Origin: an uncultured Chloroflexia bacterium
GTDB taxonomy: Bacteria; Chloroflexota; Dehalococcoidia; GIF9; UBA5629
Direction: 5' to 3'
Length of the DNA stretch: 64,000 nt
NCBI GenBank assembly: GCA_963775935.1
Contig: CAVZKR010000006.1
Coordinates: 111,198 to 175,197, forward strand
Shown: positions 1 through 9,651 of the stretch, in pieces
Position numbering within the stretch: the first letter of the stretch is position 1
Layout: the number at the start of each line of letters is the position of its first letter
Notes under the pieces: generated by a model
The model's input: only the letters and a program-made list of their open reading frames with translations
Database searches by the model: none
Told to the model about the DNA's origin: nothing
Made by a program: the position numbers and the translations under genes

Positions 1-1684
1 TAAATACTGCCATTACCCCTACCATGATGACCGAGATGGCGGCAGCTACGTTGTAATTCGAATTAATCCACTGAATCCATATGACCGTTGACAAGACCAT
101 ATTGCGAGGACTTACCAGAAACAATGCCGTCGTTACTTCCCTGTACGCTTGAAGAAGTGCCCAGATAAAGGAATACAATAGTGCCGGTGTGATCAGTGGT
201 ATGATTACTTTTCTCAAGGCAACGACTTTGGATGACCCGGAGGTTTGCACCGCTTCCTCCAGCTCTGGATGTATTTGAATCAGAGATGAATTGATCGTTC
301 TGGTGGTGAAGGGGAGGCGGCGTACGGTTTCGGCAATGATAATGGCGGCAACACTGCCGTGGAGAGGAACAACTTTGACAAGCAATATTCCTAGAAAGGC
401 GACAGCAAAGGCAAGAGCTATGCCGGGCACTACCTGAGGTACCATGGCAATAGTATCTATAGCAAATCTTCCCGGCATTCGGGTGCGAAGGGCAATCCAG
501 GACATGATAAGACCGATTAACATACCAAGTAACCCCACAAAAAATAAAAGTTGAAGCGTGTTACCTATTGCTTTCTGGCTTATCAATAAAGTGATGGCTT
601 GAGAGTATCCTATGAAGCTTATTTTTTCAAGCGCTGCCATCGAGGGCATTTGAATTAACGGCAGAAGAGAAGTCCAGACCACCGACAGGTAAGGGAGGAG
701 AAAGTCTACCGTGTAGTAAAATAGTATGAACGCAAGACCAGCCCAGCTCCAGGAGCCTAAATCTGTGAGCTTGGGTCGATACCCTTTGCCGGTCACCGTG
801 GCGTAACGGTGGCTGAGTTTCATCATCCTCTGATAATAGTAAAGGGCAACCAGTGTTGGAATGGTCAGCATCACACCATATACCCCGGCTATGCCGAAGT
901 TGGCGAAACCTACTGATGGACGGACAGCGTCGTACATGAGGGTGCTGAAAACCCAAATATTATGAGGTGATCCTAGCAGCTGTGGCACTTCGAACATTGA
1001 TGCTGCAGTCACAAATATATAGATTGCACCTGCCACTATGGCTGGTTTTAAGAGTGGTAAGGAAATGCGACGAAAAACCTGGAGCTTGCTCATTCCGGAT
1101 GCCTCGGCAGACTCCTCGAACGAAGGGTCAATCGCCATAAAAGCGCCACCGAGCATAAGGAATAAGGTAGGGGTAAGACTGACACCCTGCAGAAAAATCA
1201 TGAAGGGGATATTGTACGGGCTCAGCGGTCCTTTCTCGATAATTGGAATTACCAACCTGATCGCTTGATTGATTATGCCAATCTCAGGGCTGAGCAGCAT
1301 TATCCAGCCCATGATCCTGACGAAACCAGGAAGCACCGAGTGAAGGAGCATTAATGTAATGAAAACCTGCTTGAAGGGGATAGTGGTGCGGTGAACCAAC
1401 CAGGCCATGGGAACAGCAAAGAAAATAGATACCGCCGTGGTACCAAGCGCCAGTATCGCAGTATTAAGCGCTGCCTTGGGCATAAGGGGATATGAAAAGA
1501 CGTCAAAGTAATTTTTTAATGAAAACGTAAATATAGTTTTTAAACTGGGCAAACCCTCCTGAAATGTTGACCAGAAAACAACGATGACCAGGATGATTAT
1601 TACCGCTGCGGCTAGTAGACCTACTACATAAAGTGGTGTCTCTGGCTTCAAAAAGGGAAATATCCAGTTAAGTGCTCTTTTCAA
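1..1684 (-). CDS. ABC transporter permease, fused two-domain type (Fe(III)/thiamine/polyamine-like); C-terminus runs off the left edge
   Basis: Not in ORF track (no stop inside window). Manual minus-strand translation from TTG at 1684 (GAGGT 6 nt upstream, in-frame TAG just before) stays open for 561 codons to the edge: LKRALNWIFPF..ILALGTTAVSIFFAVPMAWLVHRT..FEESAEASGMSKLQVFRRISLPLLKPA..HPELEEAVQTSGSSKVVALRKVIIPLITPA. Two EAA-type permease loops and many hydrophobic spans. Confidence 0.75.
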   Translation of the reverse strand, partial: MKRALNWIFPFLKPETPLYVVGLLAAAVIIILVIVVFWSTFQEGLPSLKTIFTFSLKNYFDVFSYPLMPKAALNTAILALGTTAVSIFFAVPMAWLVHRTTIPFKQVFITLMLLHSVLPGFVRIMGWIMLLSPEIGIINQAIRLVIPIIEKGPLSPYNIPFMIFLQGVSLTPTLFLMLGGAFMAIDPSFEESAEASGMSKLQVFRRISLPLLKPAIVAGAIYIFVTAASMFEVPQLLGSPHNIWVFSTLMYDAVRPSVGFANFGIAGVYGVMLTIPTLVALYYYQRMMKLSHRYATVTGKGYRPKLTDLGSWSWAGLAFILFYYTVDFLLPYLSVVWTSLLPLIQMPSMAALEKISFIGYSQAITLLISQKAIGNTLQLLFFVGLLGMLIGLIMSWIALRTRMPGRFAIDTIAMVPQVVPGIALAFAVAFLGILLVKVVPLHGSVAAIIIAETVRRLPFTTRTINSSLIQIHPELEEAVQTSGSSKVVALRKVIIPLITPALLYSFIWALLQAYREVTTALFLVSPRNMVLSTVIWIQWINSNYNVAAAISVIMVGVMAVF

Positions 1685-1764
1685 CAGGCTACCTCGTACC
1701 TCTTCATTGTTAGCATCCTAAATTTAATTCAATCAAAAAAGTGCTTCTATACTCCTATAATGTT

Positions 1765-2691
1765 TCAATGTTTTTCAAGCATGTCTAAATAATATTTAGC
1801 AAATGATGTTGATTGGTGAGGTATCAGTTCTTCAAGTGTATATTCGTATAGGACCTTTCCTCTCGGTTTTAGAAGCTTTTTTGCCTCCGGCAGCTTGCTG
1901 GCTGTAATCCTAGATTCAATCTCCTCTGGTTTTCCCTCTGCTATACATTGTGCTCCAATATCTAATAGCCGTTGCATGCCCTCTAAGGCACGTTTTATGA
2001 CCATTTGGGGGGCATCGCTAATTCCGAAATGGCCGAGGAAAAGCCTTGTGATGGGTATTTCCATAAGCTTATTTAAAGATTTCATTGACTGAATAACATC
2101 AGAACCGTAGGGCGTGAGAATCATTGAAAAATCAGCATCAGCAAAATAATTCCCAACTAGATCATTAATGAATAGCCCCATATTTTTCTCTTCAAGTATG
2201 ACTATCCCGCTTGGTTGGTGTCCAGGAGCGAAAAAAATCCTTAGTTTCTCGCCGTCTCCTAGATCAAACACGTCACCATCATTCAAATATCGTATATCAG
2301 ATGGCATGACTGGCTCTGCAACACCAAACCTGGCAATCATTTTGGGTAAAAGTAACCCTTTTATCCTATCGATCTCACCTAATGGATCAATAAGATATTG
2401 TTCAGCTGCAGGATGTATATAGACCTTTGCCTTGGGGCTTTCTCTTAACAGAGGTGCCACATTACCGTAATGGTCGCCGTGGCCATGAGTGATGAATATA
2501 TATGATATGTCGCTAATAGAAAACCCGTGTGCTTTTATGCCAGCACGCACTGTTTCAAGCTGGTTTGGCAGGCCAGTGTCGATTAAAGCAATCTCCTTAC
2601 CTTTTACTATATAAGCTGAGCCATAATGGTCATAACCAAACTGTTTAGTGTCTATCAGGTAGACATTATCAGCTCTATTTACATATTCCAA
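1765..2691 (-). CDS. MBL-fold metallo-hydrolase (paralog 1 of 4)
   Basis: 308-aa ORF with HxHxDH zinc motif (ITHGHGDHYGN), later APGHQPSG and LGHFG histidines. Clear paralog of ORFs at 5848, 51262 and 52358. Confidence 0.85.
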   Translation of the reverse strand: MEYVNRADNVYLIDTKQFGYDHYGSAYIVKGKEIALIDTGLPNQLETVRAGIKAHGFSISDISYIFITHGHGDHYGNVAPLLRESPKAKVYIHPAAEQYLIDPLGEIDRIKGLLLPKMIARFGVAEPVMPSDIRYLNDGDVFDLGDGEKLRIFFAPGHQPSGIVILEEKNMGLFINDLVGNYFADADFSMILTPYGSDVIQSMKSLNKLMEIPITRLFLGHFGISDAPQMVIKRALEGMQRLLDIGAQCIAEGKPEEIESRITASKLPEAKKLLKPRGKVLYEYTLEELIPHQSTSFAKYYLDMLEKH

Positions 2692-2736
2692 AGCAAAAAT
2701 ACCTCCTTTTATTGATTACTGTGAACTTGGGAGACA

Positions 2737-4485
2737 CTATAAAATATTCTCCAATTTTTTTGTCCTAAGGCTATGCGTTGCCTCATAATTAATTTCCAGA
2801 GTATCAGGATTAAAGATGACTTTATAGACATTCTCAGCCATCTCAAGTGAGACCAGCTCATTTTCAACGTCCATTTTGACTGCCTCGGGATCTCTTTCCT
2901 CTGGACACCCTACACCTGCACCACCACTACTTATGTTGATTTTATGGTCTCCAGCTTTTATGTCAATGTCCCTGCCCTTAATCTCAATTTTTTGATTCCC
3001 CGTCAAGACATAACTTCTATTGAGAGGAGTCGGCTTACCGCCTTGTTGTCCCAATGCTTGAGTTATTAATCCATCGCAACCACCGTTAATGCATGTACAT
3101 TCGCCTCCTTCATTCACACCTTCCCATATTATGCCTGGGGCACCACGCCATTTCCCTGCACCGTGCATATCGGTCATAAACTCATACTTAACTACTTCCC
3201 AAGGAAATCTAACCATCTCTTCTTCAGCATCGGTCTTACCAAACAGTCCCAATGCACTTGTATCCGAGCAACACTGATATCCGTCATATCCAGTTACTGC
3301 ACCGGCACCAGCAAAAGAGCCAGGCGAAATATAAACATATAATCCTCCTGTTATCGGATCACGCCCCACTGCATGAGTGCCTATCTTTCGAGCGTATGGT
3401 GCAATTGCTTTGTCAGGTAGTGCTTGTGACAATACCGAAAGAACAGCTTCTATGACCAAGCCGCCGGTAATCGCTGGAGCGCCTGCCGTCAGAGCGCCAG
3501 GATTGCAATCTACAATAGTACCCTTTTTGGTTATCACATGAATAGGCTTTAAACTGCCTTCATTATGATAGGCACTGAGCTCAGCTCCTAAAAAGAGAAA
3601 GGTAGTGCATAGGGCATTGCTCAGCGTTTGTTGATAGTGCGAATTAATGAAGCCTTTTACCTGTGTATCGGTGTTTGAAAAGTCAAATGTAAGCTCGCCA
3701 TTCTTGATAGCGAGCTTACATTTGACGGTAACTGGAACACCAAGCGTAACACGATCATCATCTGTTTGCGCTTCTGCATAATAGGTGCCCTCAGGCCACT
3801 TGCTTATCTCTATCCTTACCGCCTTTTCTGTTCGCTTAATAATCTCTTCTATGCTTTCGAATACAGTCTCCTTACCATACTTGTCGAGTAACTCCACCAT
3901 CCTTCGCTCGGCTACCTCAGTACTGCCCATTAGAGAAGCTATCTCACGCCGCATCATGTCAGGAAGACGATTGTTAGCCAAGATTAATTCAATCACGTCG
4001 TTCCTCCAATGGCCCCTTTCCACCACTTTTATTAACGGTATGTTAAGACCCTCGGCGATAGAATCGTAAGCAAGAAAATGTGAACCCGGTCGGGCACCAC
4101 CATTGTCCGGGACATGAGTACCCATGCAGGTGAAGAATACCAGTTCATCTTTATAGAAGATCGGTCTGACAAAGACCCAATCCGGGAGATGGATAGCCCC
4201 ATCCAGGGGGTAATTAGTCAGGAACACATCTCCTGGGTATATTTGCCCCTCGAATTTTTCTTTAACTCGCCGGATTGGAAAGGTGCTCGCTATCAGACGG
4301 GGAGGAATACCTTCAGGAATAGCTATGACTCGAGCATCAGCATCCCATACTCCATAAGCCAAGTCATGAAGTGTAACTGCTAAGACGTTAGCTGCTGTCA
4401 GTTCAGTGGTCTCACGCATCTCCCGACAAACCCTTTGTATGAAATGCCATGTCGTGGCTAGAGTTATTGGATCTACTTTATTCAT
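2737..4485 (-). CDS. Hydantoinase B / oxoprolinase family protein (HyuB-like), no adjacent HyuA
   Basis: 582-aa ORF. N-terminus VDPITLATTWHFIQRVCREM is typical of the HyuB family. Colinear and highly similar to the 587-aa ORF at 37904-39667. Confidence 0.85.
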   Translation of the reverse strand: MNKVDPITLATTWHFIQRVCREMRETTELTAANVLAVTLHDLAYGVWDADARVIAIPEGIPPRLIASTFPIRRVKEKFEGQIYPGDVFLTNYPLDGAIHLPDWVFVRPIFYKDELVFFTCMGTHVPDNGGARPGSHFLAYDSIAEGLNIPLIKVVERGHWRNDVIELILANNRLPDMMRREIASLMGSTEVAERRMVELLDKYGKETVFESIEEIIKRTEKAVRIEISKWPEGTYYAEAQTDDDRVTLGVPVTVKCKLAIKNGELTFDFSNTDTQVKGFINSHYQQTLSNALCTTFLFLGAELSAYHNEGSLKPIHVITKKGTIVDCNPGALTAGAPAITGGLVIEAVLSVLSQALPDKAIAPYARKIGTHAVGRDPITGGLYVYISPGSFAGAGAVTGYDGYQCCSDTSALGLFGKTDAEEEMVRFPWEVVKYEFMTDMHGAGKWRGAPGIIWEGVNEGGECTCINGGCDGLITQALGQQGGKPTPLNRSYVLTGNQKIEIKGRDIDIKAGDHKINISSGGAGVGCPEERDPEAVKMDVENELVSLEMAENVYKVIFNPDTLEINYEATHSLRTKKLENIL

Positions 4486-4529
4486 CGCCTTTGCTCTATT
4501 GCTAAAAGATAGTTTGTATTATCTGCCAT

Positions 4530-5573
4530 CTATTTTAGGTTAAAGAGCCTAACGGCGTTTCCACCCAAAATTAGCGACTTCTCTTCCTCGGTTATGTCCA
4601 AGCTTCGCACAAAGTCTACACCCGTTAGTAACCACTCCCGCCTAACGGGGTAGCCACCTCCAAAAAGAATATGATCAGCTCCCAGTACTTTGACAGCACA
4701 CTCTAATTGTGCTTTACCCCAGGGTGATGCATGTGTCATATCGAAGTAAATATTCCGCTCCAGGTAACCCCTGATCTTTTCAGATGCTCCCAAATCGAAA
4801 CGCTCCATGTCTTCCCTCATTCGAGACTTCTGGGGTGCTATTAAGTTCACGTATGTAAAGAAACCTCCAGCAAGCATAGTGAATATAAGTTTTAGATTCG
4901 GGAACTCATCGAGTAGCCCGCTGTAAAGTATCCTTCCCAGTGAAGTCACCTGATCTACACATCTTCCATAGAAACGACGCAAATTACTATATTTACAGAG
5001 GCTGCCGTAATCTACGGGAAGGGGGGTGTGATGCACAAGAATCGGAACGCCAAGCTCGCTGATTTTCTTGAAGTAGGGACGAAATTCCTCTTCATCCAGA
5101 TAAAGCTTACCATAATGTGCTGTGCATAATACTCCGGGAAAGCCGAGCTCTTTCACACATCGTTCTATCTCATCAAGTGACTGTTTATCGCCCCAGGGTG
5201 GCACGGATGCAAGCCCCAAGAATCGGCTAGGATGCTCCCGAATACACTGAGCCATACCATCGTTAAACTTTTTTGACATTTCCAGGTTTAACCATTCTTG
5301 CCAAACGGATACTTGCAGGAAAGCCTTATCTATCTTGGCTTCATCCATAATCTCCAGTTTAAGTTTTGTATCACAAAAAATCTCTGAGCAGTTGTTGTTT
5401 TCATAGCCTTTCGGTCTCGTTGTAACAATCTGCCTCTTGTTTGTTCCTGGTATAGTGATTACCTCAGCATGTTCACCATAAGCACGCGGCACACTACCTA
5501 TAACCGAATTTAATAAATTTTCATCTGAAAAGAGATTCTCAGGAAACCAGCCCATGTTAAGATCGATAATCAT
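4530..5573 (-). CDS. Amidohydrolase-2 (PF04909 / ACMSD-LigW-type TIM-barrel) family protein, divergent active site
   Basis: 347-aa ORF. N-terminal MIIDLNMGW in place of the IDxHxH motif, VPILVHHTPLP strand, C-terminal LFGGGYP. Paralog of 9849, 41847, 48518, 49798. Confidence 0.8.
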   Translation of the reverse strand: MIIDLNMGWFPENLFSDENLLNSVIGSVPRAYGEHAEVITIPGTNKRQIVTTRPKGYENNNCSEIFCDTKLKLEIMDEAKIDKAFLQVSVWQEWLNLEMSKKFNDGMAQCIREHPSRFLGLASVPPWGDKQSLDEIERCVKELGFPGVLCTAHYGKLYLDEEEFRPYFKKISELGVPILVHHTPLPVDYGSLCKYSNLRRFYGRCVDQVTSLGRILYSGLLDEFPNLKLIFTMLAGGFFTYVNLIAPQKSRMREDMERFDLGASEKIRGYLERNIYFDMTHASPWGKAQLECAVKVLGADHILFGGGYPVRREWLLTGVDFVRSLDITEEEKSLILGGNAVRLFNLK

Positions 5574-5737
5574 AAAACTCCTTTATACACGAATATTTTC
5601 AAATATTAGTGCTAATTATTTTTCTTTCTTGTGATAATGTAATTTCCATACTCATCACCACAGCAAGTAAATGCATTCGAAAAAACTGCTATTGTACTCC
5701 CTTAGCAAAAGCCCTGTCTTAATGGGGAGCAGTATAT

Positions 5738-5788
5738 AAACATTTTTGTGTCTATCACATGGACATTATTCAGTTGTCTAGAATACTT
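5738..5788 (-). pseudogene. 5' remnant of an MBL-fold hydrolase paralog (17 codons)
   Basis: Minus-strand translation KYSRQLNNVHVIDTKMF matches KYSMQADNVYVIDTKMF at the N-terminus of the intact MBL gene at 5848-6795. Over the last 12 codons (ADNVYVIDTKMF vs LNNVHVIDTKMF) 27 of 36 nt are identical and the last 15 nt are identical. Homology stops abruptly; stop 11 codons later. Confidence 0.5.
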
Positions 5789-5847
5789 ACTGGTCAATAT
5801 TTAATCCTTCCGTTACAAAATGCCATCATTTAAAAAAGAGTTACTTA

Positions 5848-6795
5848 TTAGGGCACTTGCTGATGATCTAATGAAGTATAATAATTAGCAAATGCTACCG
5901 ACTGATGTGGTATTAGCTCTTCGACTATATAATTGTATAGTACCTCTCCTCTAGCAGCCCTGATTTTCTCTACCTCCTTCATTCTATAGTCATTAACTTT
6001 GGGTGCAATGAGTTCAGGTCTACCTTCAGCGACGCACTTTGCCCCTATTTCCAATACTGCCTGCATGTTATTCAAGGCTCGTTGCATTACCATTTTTGGT
6101 GTATCAGAAATACCGAAATGACCCAGGAAAAGCCTTGTAGCCGGCATTTTTAGACATCTTCTAAGTGATTCCATAGTTCGTATAGTATCCGAACCGTTGG
6201 GAGTAAGTAATATTGCAGCATCGGCATCTGCGAAATAATTTCCTACTAAATCATTAATGAATAGTCCACGGTACTTTTCTGCAAATATCACTACAGAACC
6301 AGGTTGATGTCCTGGTGTGAACATAATTTTCAGTTTTTCACCATCACCCAAGTCAAACGTATCACCATCACTGAAATACTGTAGACGGGAGGCAGGGACA
6401 GGCTCCATTGTGCCAAATCTGGCGATCATCTTGGGCAACATTTTCCCCTTCATTTGCGCTAGAACGCTTTCCGGGTCGGTTAATCGGTGTTTCCCGAGAG
6501 GATGAATATACGCCTTTATCTTTGGGTTCTCCCTCAGGAATGACCCTACATTGCCGCAATGGTCATGATGTTCATGCGTGACAAATATATACGAAATATC
6601 GCTGATAGAAAATCCGTGTGCCTTTATACCTGCACGCACAACTTCAACCTGGTTTGCTAAACCAGTATCGATTAAGGCAAGTTCCTTTCCTTTAATTAAA
6701 TAAGCAGACATGTAATGGTCAAAACCAAACATTTTTGTGTCGATTACATAAACGTTATCAGCTTGCATCGAGTATTTGTATTTCATATTCTCCAT
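5848..6795 (-). CDS. MBL-fold metallo-hydrolase (paralog 2)
   Basis: 315-aa ORF with VTHEHHDHCGN (HxHxDH), TPGHQPGS and LGHFG. Start may be the internal ATG at 6786 (MKYKYS) by comparison with paralogs. Confidence 0.85.
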   Translation of the reverse strand: MENMKYKYSMQADNVYVIDTKMFGFDHYMSAYLIKGKELALIDTGLANQVEVVRAGIKAHGFSISDISYIFVTHEHHDHCGNVGSFLRENPKIKAYIHPLGKHRLTDPESVLAQMKGKMLPKMIARFGTMEPVPASRLQYFSDGDTFDLGDGEKLKIMFTPGHQPGSVVIFAEKYRGLFINDLVGNYFADADAAILLTPNGSDTIRTMESLRRCLKMPATRLFLGHFGISDTPKMVMQRALNNMQAVLEIGAKCVAEGRPELIAPKVNDYRMKEVEKIRAARGEVLYNYIVEELIPHQSVAFANYYTSLDHQQVP

Positions 6796-6928
6796 ACTTC
6801 CGTAATAAAAAATTATTCTACCTTCTATTAGACGTTAATCTTGAGTTTAACCATGTACCAAAGTTGATTTTTACAGGTGCGTAACCGCCGTAATTTAAAT
6901 TATTTTCTCCTTATTGCAACAGAATAGG

Positions 6929-8170
6929 TCATTGTTCTATCTCTATGTTGCCTTCCAGTATTACCATCTTTATCCTTTTAGCATCCTGCAAGACCTTTAT
7001 ATCGACGAGGGGGTCTCCGTCAACCACAATAATATCGGCAAGTTTATCGGCTTCTATGGTACCAGTCTTATCACCGATGAAACATGCTATAGCTCCATTT
7101 TTAGTGGCAGCAACAATCGCCTCCATAGGTGTAAAATCGCAGTATCTGATTAAAAGTTCAAGCTCCACTGCGCTGCTACCAAGCTTTTCAATTAATTTTT
7201 CGCCCCCGTAATCAGTACCAATGGCCAATTTTGCTCTCGCTTTGTGAATTTTTTTATAACCTTGACACATACGCTCTAACATGCCTTTAGCCCACTCTGG
7301 TCCATGGAGGGGACTTGTTGCCTTGTCACCAAATGTAATCAGTGATTGCATACAAATCAAGGTCGATACGAATACAATGCCAGCCTTAATTCCTAGTTCT
7401 ATCACGTTATCAGTTATACCTACAGCGTGGTCAATTGTTTTGACACCGGCAAGTATCGCGCTTTTCGCCACGCGATCACTATCACTATGAATGGTCACAA
7501 ACTTATCAACTTCTGCTGCTGTTTGGACAATGGCTTTTATTTCATCGGTGTTAAACTCAGAACCCCCACGAGACCAAATCTTAATGAAATCTGCTCCAAG
7601 CCGTGACACATAACGTGCGGCTTTTATACATTCATCCACACCATCACAAATAAGTGTTTGCCCTCCCTGTTGTCCCATGTGTTTGCTTGTTCGGGCATCT
7701 ATATATTCAGGTGGCATATATGGGTAGGGATTCCCGATTGTTGTGGTCAGAGGAAAACCTGATGCTACAATACGCGGAACCTTTGTTACGACCTCATCTT
7801 TTATCGCTTCCTTGAGAAATACCCCGTTCATCCCACCACAGTCTTTCACTGTGGTAAAGCCTTTTCTCAGATAATTTTGGGCATCGAATAACGCCTTGAG
7901 CAATCTCACTTCCCGTGGACGCGCTATTTCTTCACCATATGTGTCATCAGCCTTGGTGCCCCACAAATGCATATGTGAATCTATCATTCCAGGCATTACA
8001 GTCTTCGTTGTAGCATCAATAATATGTGTACCATCCGGTATTCTGATATTATGGCCTACGGTCTTGATCTTTTTATTCTCAATAAGTATGGTAGCATTCT
8101 CAATCGGAGGTGAGCCGGTTCCGTCGATTAACTTACCAGCCCTGATTGCTTTCATGCCTTTTTCTGCCAT
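6929..8170 (-). CDS. Amidohydrolase (Amidohydro_1, imidazolonepropionase / Xaa-Pro-dipeptidase-like metal hydrolase)
   Basis: 413-aa ORF. PGMIDSHMHLWG (HxH), TIHSDSD, IDHAVG and IGTDYG motifs are typical of the binuclear TIM-barrel amidohydrolase superfamily. Confidence 0.85.
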   Translation of the reverse strand: MAEKGMKAIRAGKLIDGTGSPPIENATILIENKKIKTVGHNIRIPDGTHIIDATTKTVMPGMIDSHMHLWGTKADDTYGEEIARPREVRLLKALFDAQNYLRKGFTTVKDCGGMNGVFLKEAIKDEVVTKVPRIVASGFPLTTTIGNPYPYMPPEYIDARTSKHMGQQGGQTLICDGVDECIKAARYVSRLGADFIKIWSRGGSEFNTDEIKAIVQTAAEVDKFVTIHSDSDRVAKSAILAGVKTIDHAVGITDNVIELGIKAGIVFVSTLICMQSLITFGDKATSPLHGPEWAKGMLERMCQGYKKIHKARAKLAIGTDYGGEKLIEKLGSSAVELELLIRYCDFTPMEAIVAATKNGAIACFIGDKTGTIEADKLADIIVVDGDPLVDIKVLQDAKRIKMVILEGNIEIEQ

Positions 8171-8265
8171 TTAATACCCCCTAACAATTAATATTAAATT
8201 ATAGATGTCGTGATCCAAGTAATTAAGTCAGGGTTTACAATGAAACCACGTTAAAAACGTAGTAT

Positions 8266-8754
8266 TCATAACTCCCTTAAAGGATATTTAGTAGGCTTCA
8301 TATTGCCTACATTAATGCCGACAACAACCAGCAAAAAAGGCTTGCTAACATGCTTGTAAATGATCGGCATATGCAATAATCCTCCTGGGACAAAAACCAG
8401 CGATGAGGTATTAAATACAAGTTTATCTGCTGCTTTTCCTTCGCCTAACCAGAACTCGACTTCAGCTCCCAGATCATTTGTGTCCGTTCGGTTAGTCCCC
8501 ATAAATAGAAACATCTCGTCACAGTCGTGTTTATGTGGTGGCTTGGCTGGGTGAACACCCATAGCAGTATCTTGCCATATCCATACCGCCTCGACCATCT
8601 GATTAGCTCCTTGAATAGGCGTATCGCCCTCTAAAAACATCAATGGTGGTACAGTCATACTACCCTTTACTGAGGTCCATGCTGTTTCACCGACTCTATG
8701 CTGAGCACGAGTTGGTTTTCTGACAATATATTTTTCATAAAGCGATTCACTCAT
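8266..8754 (-). CDS. Cupin-fold protein of unknown function
   Basis: 162-aa ORF. PHKHDCDEMFLFMG and VFVPGGLLHMP resemble the two cupin motifs. No closer assignment possible. Confidence 0.5.
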   Translation of the reverse strand: MSESLYEKYIVRKPTRAQHRVGETAWTSVKGSMTVPPLMFLEGDTPIQGANQMVEAVWIWQDTAMGVHPAKPPHKHDCDEMFLFMGTNRTDTNDLGAEVEFWLGEGKAADKLVFNTSSLVFVPGGLLHMPIIYKHVSKPFLLVVVGINVGNMKPTKYPLREL

Positions 8755-8930
8755 AATCGGGCTCCTTTCTTGATTAGGCTACTTTTCGTTGGAATACTCA
8801 TTGTAATTGCGTGACCAGTCTCAATTTAACTGAGACATATCTTAATTAGCCTTACTCCATTCTGGGCATCTATTTTCAACAGTAAAGAATCAGAACTTAG
8901 TTGTCGCAAGAATTACCAAAAACTCGTCAG

Positions 8931-9461
8931 TTAAAGTCGCACACGGGTCTTTTTGGATTTAGTACCATCATTTTTCATTATTTGAAGTATCTGTTCTTTC
9001 TGTTGTTTTAACAGAGACCTAAATACTCTCATATCTTCTTTCGTAAAAGAATGCATAGCCTGTGAAAAAACACGATGTTCTATCGGCAGAATCATCTCGA
9101 CTAAGTCTAAGCCTTTTTCAGTCAGTGTTACTTTTCGTATTCTGCGGTCTTTATTTGAGTGATAGCTCTTGGTTATTCCCATTTTATCAAGGGCATCGAT
9201 AGATTTATTTATCCTGTCTACTGAATGAAGCGAGATTCTACTGAGTTCCGTGGGAGTCATAAATTCACATTTTAATAGTATAAAGAGAATAATCATCCGC
9301 TGAGTACGATTGATGCTATCATTACTTAGTTGTGCATCAAGATATTTTTCAATCAGGTGAGTTAAATAAAGGAAATCGCGAAAGCTACGTATCTTTAATT
9401 CTTTGCGCTGTTTTTCTAACCTCTTTGCTAACTGGTACCATTTCTCCGAAGGTTTGACCAT
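8931..9461 (-). CDS. MarR-family transcriptional regulator
   Basis: 176-aa ORF with winged-helix region LKCEFMTPTELSRISLHSVDRINKSIDALDKMGITKSYHSNKDRRIRKVTLTEKG, typical of MarR. Divergent from the gene at 9849. Confidence 0.8.
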   Translation of the reverse strand: MVKPSEKWYQLAKRLEKQRKELKIRSFRDFLYLTHLIEKYLDAQLSNDSINRTQRMIILFILLKCEFMTPTELSRISLHSVDRINKSIDALDKMGITKSYHSNKDRRIRKVTLTEKGLDLVEMILPIEHRVFSQAMHSFTKEDMRVFRSLLKQQKEQILQIMKNDGTKSKKTRVRL

Positions 9462-9586
9462 ATAAACCTCACATTGAACAAATGATCTATACCATTTCTA
9501 ATCACATTATGTTGTCAATCACCGGACTAAATAGGCTCCATATAACTATGAACTACAAATTATCGTTTCTGTACAAGGTAAATATC

Positions 9587-9615
9587 TTGACAAACATAGT
9601 TACTGTTAGTATAAT
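9587..9615 (+). promoter_or_regulatory. Consensus sigma-70-type promoter (TTGACA-17 nt-TATAAT)
   Basis: TTGACA at 9587-9592, exactly 17-nt spacer, TATAAT at 9610-9615, pointing toward the amidohydrolase-2 gene at 9849. Confidence 0.6.
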
Positions 9616-9622
9616 CGTACAT

Positions 9623-9651
9623 ATTCTAAATTTAGAATATCTAAAATTAGA
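9623..9651. promoter_or_regulatory. Tandem palindromic operator candidates (probable MarR site)
   Basis: Perfect 16-bp palindrome ATTCTAAATTTAGAAT (9623-9638), directly followed by TCTAA-AA-TTAGA (9640-9651). Located 8 nt downstream of the -10 box, overlapping the expected transcription start. Confidence 0.5.

Noticed and set aside
627-1268. Track ORFs 627-956 (-) and 1038-1268 (+), the only listed ORFs in the first 1.7 kb
   Set aside because: Both are out-of-frame or antisense shadows of the long edge-truncated ABC permease frame (1-1684, minus), which has clear permease motifs. The listed ORFs have no recognisable motifs.
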